Origin: Candidatus Eiseniibacteriota bacterium
Lineage (GTDB): Bacteria; Eisenbacteria; RBG-16-71-46
DNA length: 64,000 bases
Assembly (NCBI GenBank): GCA_963717505.1
Contig: OY970342.1
Span: 480,001 to 544,000, forward strand
Reading direction: 5' to 3'
Positions within the stretch are counted from its first letter, which is position 1; each line of letters opens with the position of its first letter. A model generated the notes under the pieces. The model was not told the origin of the DNA and did not search any database. It saw nothing but the letters and a program-made list of their open reading frames with translations. Positions 58,422-64,000 of this stretch are shown here, piece by piece. Both the position numbers and the translations under genes were made by a program.

Positions 58422-59225
58422 ATGTGGGCATGGCTTGCGGCTGCGGTCGCGCTGCTGGCTCTGCCGCACCCCGATCTCCGGGCCGACCAGTTCGTTCTTC
58501 AGCCGCCCGCTGAGGGCTTCAAGGTCGGTGGCGAGTCCAACCGTGTGCTCGTCCGCCTTCTCAGCGAATCCGACCGACCAGGGTTGCAGTTCGATCTTGT
58601 CTACAACACTGCATTCCTGCGCCCGGTGGAGGTTTCGGGCGTCGGCCGGCTGAGCGAAGCGGACCTACTCCACTACTCGATATCGCCCCCCGGCGTGCTC
58701 CATTTGGTTGCGTACGAGGCCCGGGGAAACCTTTGGACGATCTCCGCCGGCACGGATCCGGTCGTTGCCGTGACCTTCGATGTCCTGGATACGCCGCCCT
58801 CCGGAACGCTGCAGCTTGCGGTGGTCCGCGGACTTGCTGCGGCCGGCGCCAACGGACCGATCGCCCTCCCCCCGACCACGGTCGACATCGCGGTGGAAGC
58901 GGGCGAAAGCGCACGAGACCCCGATCCAACCCAGGACGGGAAGCTGCCCACCCGTTTTGCTCTGTACCAGAACAGCCCGAATCCGTTCTCGAGCTCGACT
59001 TCATTTCGTTTCGACGTCCCGCGCGCGAGTCACGCGCGCATCGTGGTCTATGACCTGTCCGGGAGATCCGTGTCCGTCCTTGCTGATGGCAAGTTCGCTC
59101 CAGGACGTCACGCGGTGACTTGGACCGGCAAGGCGCGGAGAGGCCGCGCACGTCCCGGAATCTACTTCTGCGTCATGGAGGCGGAGAGCTTCCGAGTGGT
59201 GAGGAAGTTGATTCGTCTGGAATAG
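58422..59225 (+). CDS. Cohesin-like domain plus T9SS/FlgD-type CTD protein
   Basis: Signal peptide; GLQFDLVY and ISAG..PVVAVTF.V; QNSPNPF..VYDLSGR..GIYF. Alternative start at 58353. Confidence 0.72.
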   Translation: MWAWLAAAVALLALPHPDLRADQFVLQPPAEGFKVGGESNRVLVRLLSESDRPGLQFDLVYNTAFLRPVEVSGVGRLSEADLLHYSISPPGVLHLVAYEARGNLWTISAGTDPVVAVTFDVLDTPPSGTLQLAVVRGLAAAGANGPIALPPTTVDIAVEAGESARDPDPTQDGKLPTRFALYQNSPNPFSSSTSFRFDVPRASHARIVVYDLSGRSVSVLADGKFAPGRHAVTWTGKARRGRARPGIYFCVMEAESFRVVRKLIRLE

Positions 59226-59246
59226 CTGCTCACGAGGTCGCAACAC

Positions 59247-62200
59247 GTGAATTCAGGGCCGCAAACGAAGTCCCCTCCTGGCACTCCAGTGGTGTCCAGG
59301 CAGAGCGCTGACCCGTCCGAAAGCTTCATCGGGCGGCTCCGCGCCAGTTCCCCCATGCTGGCCATCCTGGTGCTGGGCCTTCACCTGCTGCCCTGGAGGC
59401 CCGCGGAGGCGGCTGGACGGACTCGCGGGTTCGCGACGCCGATTGAGCCCGTGAGGGTTGCCGGCGATCTCAATGGCGATGGCAAGGTCGACGTGATCGA
59501 CCTTCTCCGACTTCGCGACCTCGCGTTTCGGCTGGGAACCATCGCCACCGCTGCGGAGAACGAAGCAGGCGACCTGACCGGCGATGGGAAACTCGACTCG
59601 CTCGACGTTGCCGCCCTTCAGGATCTCGTGCTTCGCGTCGACGCTGCCGCGGAATCGCAGTCGCTGCGGGCGGGAGCCGCGGTCCACACCGGCCCCAACA
59701 TTGCCAACGGCACGTTCGAAGCAGGTCTCATGAGTTGGCAGGTGTTCAGGAACAACCCTGCCAACACGGTGACAACGGAGCTCGACAGTGAAATCCCAGG
59801 CAATAGTGTCGCGCACTTCAACATCCAGGACGCCTCAGGCTCGGGTTGGTACCTGAACCTGGTCCAGTGGTCGGATCAGGGCCCCCTGAATCTCCAATCG
59901 GCGACGACGTACATGATCCGCTTCAAGGCGCGCGCCTCGAGCGATCGCGTGCTCAAGCTCGAACTCGCGGCGTTCCAGCCCACCTATCGGAATCTGGGCC
60001 TGCTGGAGAGCGTCAACCTGACCATGCAGACCCGGGAGTACACGGTGCCGTTTCGCACCGTGGACAACGTGCCCGCCACCGGCGTCCTGTTCTCGATGGT
60101 CTCCACGCAAGTGGCCGGCGACATCTGGGTCGATGACGTGAGCATTGAGCTCGTGCCCCTGGTCACGTTTGTCGGCAACGACACGCAAATCGCTTCGTTC
60201 GACGGTGGCGAATCGTGGGATGGCGGCGCGATCGACACGCTGCAGGTTCGAGAGGGCGACGCGGGCCTGCGATTGACCGCAGCCACGAACGGGTTTCAAC
60301 ACGTCACCCGCGAAGTGCCCATGGATCTGAGCCAGACGCCCTGGGAGATGACGTTCTGGGTGTACACGGAAACACCGGTCTCCGTGGGCCGCCTCTCGCT
60401 TCTCTGGCGCTCGGGCTCGGGTGAGGACGCCGAAGGCTCCTACGTCGCCTGGGCCCTCAGTGGACTCGCCTCGGGTTGGAACTTCGTGGTCATACCTGCC
60501 GAGGCGTTCTTCAAGCCGTATTGGTACGTCAACAACTTCACGTGGCAGGGTGCGCGCACCGTGGCGTTCAAGCTCGAGGCCAATGGCAATGGCCCGGCGT
60601 CGGTCACACTCGACGACCTGAGGATCGAACCCGTGTCCATGAGTGACCGCAGGTCCCCGGTGGTCTCGCACATCAACGTCGTGGACGTCGGCCCGACGAG
60701 CGTCACGATCCGGTGGCTCACGCAGGAACCGGCGGTCGGGGCGCTGCACTACGGTGCGAACACCGCCTACGGGACAACGGTCACGGCGGGCGCGCCGGAT
60801 ACCGCGCAGCAAGTCATCCTCACCGGGTTGACCCCGGCCACTCGCTATCACTGCCGGATCGCCGCGACCGACAACGCCGGCCTGCCGGGATCATCCGGGG
60901 ACTTCACGTTCGCCACCGAGCCGGCCACCCCGCCATTCCCGCCCGATTCCACTCTGGACTTCGAGCTCGGGCTGTACACCGTGTACGGAATGACCGACCT
61001 CGCCGGACTCGCCGGCATGCCCTTCACTCATGTTCACAGCTTTCAGTTCAGCCGCTGCACCATCAGCATGGAGGCCATGCAGCAGTATCTCGACACCGCG
61101 CAGGACATTGGCGTCAAGGTGATGCTCGGGGTCAGCTGCAATCCCATCGTCGAAGCCAACAGCATCCCGATCGTTCAGGCGTTCAAGACTCATCCGGCAA
61201 CGGACAGCTGGTACCTGTACGACGAACCGGAGGGGCACGGCATCTCGCCGGCCTATCTCATCAGCGCTTACAGCGTGATCCAGGCGGAAGACCCCACTCG
61301 TCCAATCGTCATCAGCTCGTACGCATTTGGACAACCCGGGTTCCCGTACTTGCTGGGATTCGATCGGGTGCTGTTCGACGCGTACCCAGTGCCCATCCAC
61401 CCGGTGGACTGGCTCCTGCCCCAGCTCGATGCCGCCGGCGCGGACGGACGGCCCTGGGGCTTCGTCTTTCAGGCGTTTCAATGGGACGTCGATCGCTGGA
61501 TCGAACACGCTGGAGGCCCCACCCGCTATCCGACCGCTGCAGAAATGCGCGCGATGCCGTTCCTCGCGATCAACCGCGGCGCACAGCATCTGTGGGCCTT
61601 TTCGTACAACGACCTCAATGACCTCCCGGGATCGGAGTGGAAGTGGAGCGAACTCCTGACGCTCGCTCAGGAGCTCAAGCGACTGCGGCCCTTGTTCGCC
61701 TCGACGACGGCACCGACGATCACGGCAACGACTTCGGAGCCGGCTCTCGATCTCGCGACCCGTCGCTATGGCGAGCGGGAGTACGTGATTGCCGTGAACT
61801 CGAGTGCGAGCAGTGTGTCGAGCTCGATTGCCCTCACCGGGGTTACGGGCGTGAACGCGATCAGAGTCGGAGATGGCCAGACACTGCCGCTCAATGGAGG
61901 CAGTCTGACCGACGTGTGGAGCCCCTACGACGTTCGCCTGTACGAGGTAACCCCGCTGGATGCGGACGACGTGTCGCCCACGCTGGCGATCACGGAGCCG
62001 CCCGCCGGGGACTACACGAGCGGCGCGACGACCGTAGTCGTCGATGCCAATGACGACATGCTCATCGATTACGTCCAGGTGTTCGTCGATGGTTCGCCGG
62101 TGGGCCCGCCCCTGACTTCCGCTCCGTACACGATGATCTGGGACGCCGTCCAGCACAGCGGCGGCGCACACATCCTGTCGGCGGTCGCGTACGACGTCTC

Positions 62201-64000
62201 GAACAACTACGCCACCACCGAGATCGACGTCACGGTCGACAACGTCGCCCCGAGTGTGGTCCTGGCCGAACCCGCCGACGGCGGGGTGATCTTTGGAACG
62301 TCGATCGCAGTCAACGCCACGGCCAGCGACAATGACGCGGTGGTCGGGGTGCAGTTCACGCTCGACGGCAATAACCTCGGTGCGGAAGACGCGACCGCGC
62401 CCTACGAACTGACCTGGGACTCCGCTTCGGCACCCGATGGCCCACACGTTCTCGCCGCCATCGCGCGGGATCGGGCCGGGAACTCGCAGCAGGGCATCGC
62501 GGCGATCGTGGTGGACAACACCCCGCCCGCGGCGGCTCTGACCGCTCCGGCCGACGGCTCGGTGCTGGTCGCGACCCCCGTTCCGGTCAACGCAACGGCA
62601 ACCGACGCCCGGGGCATCGCCGGTGTGCAGTTCCTGCTCGACGGCGCCGCGCTCGGCGTCCCCGACACCGGAAGTCCCTATGGCGTCACCTGGAGCAACG
62701 CCACCGACGGTCCCCACGTTCTGACCGCTACCGCGCAGGACAACACGGGCCACAGCACGACCACGGCGAGCGTGGCGGTCACGGTCGCGATTCCGCCCAC
62801 CGTGTCCCTGACCGCACCCGCCGTCGGCAGCGTCCTCTTTGGCACGTCGGTCGCGGTCAACGCCACGGCCAGCGACAATGACGCGATTGTCGGCGTGCAA
62901 TTCACACTCGACGGCGCCAACCTCGGTTCGGAGGACACGGCCGAACCCTACGAAATGGCGTGGGACTGCACCTCGGCGCCCGACGGTCCACACGTCCTGG
63001 CGGCGCTGGCACGCGATCCGGCAGGGCACGTGTCGTCGCAGAGCGTGGCGATCGTCGTGGACAACACGCCGCCCGCGGCGGCAATGACCGCCCCGGCCAA
63101 CGGAGCTGTCCTGGTCGCGACCTCCGTTCCGGTCAGCGCGTCGGCGACCGACGCCCGGGGCATCGCCGGTGTGCAGTTCCTGCTCGACGGCGCAGCCCTT
63201 GGCGCCATCGACACCGGAAGCCCCTACAGCGTCACCTGGAGCAACCCCACCGATGGCCCCCACGTCCTGACCGCGACCGCCCAGGACAACACGGGCCATA
63301 GCACGACCACGGCGGGCGTATCGGTCACCGTCGCCATTCCCCCCACCGTGGCCGTGACCGCACCCGCCAACGGCAGCGTCCTCTTTGGCACGTCTGTCGC
63401 GGTCAACGCCACGGCCAGCGACAATGACGCGATCGTCGGCGTGCAGTTCACGCTCGACGGCGCCAACCTCGGCCCGGAGGACACGACCGCGCCCTACCAA
63501 CTGACCTGGAACTCCACCTCAGCGCCCGACGGTCCCCACGTCCTGGCGGCGCTGGCGCGCGATCCGGCAGGGCACGTGTCGTCGCAGAGCGTGGCGATCG
63601 TCGTGGACAACACGCCGCCCGCAGCGGCAATGACCGCTCCCGCTAATGGCGCCCTCCTCGCGGGGACCTCCATCCCGGTCAGCGCAACGGCGACCGACGC
63701 CCGAGGCATCGCCGGCGTTCAGTTCCTACTCGACGGGGCGAACCTCGGCGCCCGCGACACGCAAAGCCCCTACAGTGTCACCTGGAGCAACCCCATCGAT
63801 GGTTCCCACGTCCTGACCGCGACCGCACAGGACAATACCGGCCATTTCACCACCGCTACGAGCGTGGCCGTGATCGTCGACAACACGCCGCCGCCGGCGC
63901 CTGGCGCGGTGCGCGACGGCACCGGTGCCGATCTGCAATTCACGAACGTCAGTACGCAACTGTCGGCCAACTGGAACGCGGTCACGGATCCGGGATCGGG
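59247..64000 (+). CDS. Large secreted dockerin-CBM-FN3-glycoside hydrolase (clan GH-A-like)-Ig repeat protein, 3' end outside window
   Basis: Hand translation of the frame with codons at multiples of 3 gives GDLNGDGKVDVIDL and GDLTGDGKLDSLDV, NGTFE (CBM4/9-like), FN3, WYLYDEP and GVQF.LDG Ig repeats. Alternative ATG at 59355. Absent from the ORF track. Confidence 0.85.
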   Translation, partial: MNSGPQTKSPPGTPVVSRQSADPSESFIGRLRASSPMLAILVLGLHLLPWRPAEAAGRTRGFATPIEPVRVAGDLNGDGKVDVIDLLRLRDLAFRLGTIATAAENEAGDLTGDGKLDSLDVAALQDLVLRVDAAAESQSLRAGAAVHTGPNIANGTFEAGLMSWQVFRNNPANTVTTELDSEIPGNSVAHFNIQDASGSGWYLNLVQWSDQGPLNLQSATTYMIRFKARASSDRVLKLELAAFQPTYRNLGLLESVNLTMQTREYTVPFRTVDNVPATGVLFSMVSTQVAGDIWVDDVSIELVPLVTFVGNDTQIASFDGGESWDGGAIDTLQVREGDAGLRLTAATNGFQHVTREVPMDLSQTPWEMTFWVYTETPVSVGRLSLLWRSGSGEDAEGSYVAWALSGLASGWNFVVIPAEAFFKPYWYVNNFTWQGARTVAFKLEANGNGPASVTLDDLRIEPVSMSDRRSPVVSHINVVDVGPTSVTIRWLTQEPAVGALHYGANTAYGTTVTAGAPDTAQQVILTGLTPATRYHCRIAATDNAGLPGSSGDFTFATEPATPPFPPDSTLDFELGLYTVYGMTDLAGLAGMPFTHVHSFQFSRCTISMEAMQQYLDTAQDIGVKVMLGVSCNPIVEANSIPIVQAFKTHPATDSWYLYDEPEGHGISPAYLISAYSVIQAEDPTRPIVISSYAFGQPGFPYLLGFDRVLFDAYPVPIHPVDWLLPQLDAAGADGRPWGFVFQAFQWDVDRWIEHAGGPTRYPTAAEMRAMPFLAINRGAQHLWAFSYNDLNDLPGSEWKWSELLTLAQELKRLRPLFASTTAPTITATTSEPALDLATRRYGEREYVIAVNSSASSVSSSIALTGVTGVNAIRVGDGQTLPLNGGSLTDVWSPYDVRLYEVTPLDADDVSPTLAITEPPAGDYTSGATTVVVDANDDMLIDYVQVFVDGSPVGPPLTSAPYTMIWDAVQHSGGAHILSAVAYDVSNNYATTEIDVTVDNVAPSVVLAEPADGGVIFGTSIAVNATASDNDAVVGVQFTLDGNNLGAEDATAPYELTWDSASAPDGPHVLAAIARDRAGNSQQGIAAIVVDNTPPAAALTAPADGSVLVATPVPVNATATDARGIAGVQFLLDGAALGVPDTGSPYGVTWSNATDGPHVLTATAQDNTGHSTTTASVAVTVAIPPTVSLTAPAVGSVLFGTSVAVNATASDNDAIVGVQFTLDGANLGSEDTAEPYEMAWDCTSAPDGPHVLAALARDPAGHVSSQSVAIVVDNTPPAAAMTAPANGAVLVATSVPVSASATDARGIAGVQFLLDGAALGAIDTGSPYSVTWSNPTDGPHVLTATAQDNTGHSTTTAGVSVTVAIPPTVAVTAPANGSVLFGTSVAVNATASDNDAIVGVQFTLDGANLGPEDTTAPYQLTWNSTSAPDGPHVLAALARDPAGHVSSQSVAIVVDNTPPAAAMTAPANGALLAGTSIPVSATATDARGIAGVQFLLDGANLGARDTQSPYSVTWSNPIDGSHVLTATAQDNTGHFTTATSVAVIVDNTPPPAPGAVRDGTGADLQFTNVSTQLSANWNAVTDPGS
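62255..63890 (+). repeat. 3 x 546-bp intragenic tandem repeat (paired Ig-like domains)
   Basis: GTCAACGCCACGGCCAGCGACAATGACGCG occurs at 62310, 62856 and 63402. Confidence 0.92.

Overview
A GC-rich diderm bacterial chromosome segment. PorV-like and FlgD/T9SS-type C-terminal-domain proteins, a GWxTD-like protein and an 'SWGxVK' tail suggest an FCB-superphylum lineage such as Ca. Eisenbacteria (inference). Housekeeping genes: 5'-nucleotidase, amidase, degP, lpxH-like, ppx, rlmN, ntrY/ntrX-like, ECF sigma/anti-sigma, eno, ftsB, tRNA-fMet, ctaA/ctaB, squalene synthase, hsp20, lon, lemA. There are also several very large secreted repeat proteins. The most notable locus is 9.6-14.0 kb on the minus strand. 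A small secreted pro-peptide gene precedes a 1,052-aa TPR-GAF-sigma54 activator. This is followed by a sigma54 promoter, a ~400-nt region with no credible ORF that folds into three ~82-nt hairpins ending in a U-tract, and a second sigma54 promoter ahead of a lipoprotein/DUF4384/PorV-like operon. It is a candidate peptide-sensing, sigma54/sRNA signalling circuit. Other highlights are an OsmC selenoprotein (in-frame UGA plus SECIS-like hairpin) and an adjacent cohesin-CTD / dockerin-glycoside hydrolase gene pair; the latter gene is missing from the ORF track because it runs off the window. Frameshifts cluster in amidase, degP and lon and are probably sequencing errors. All domain calls are motif recognition by eye, not database results.
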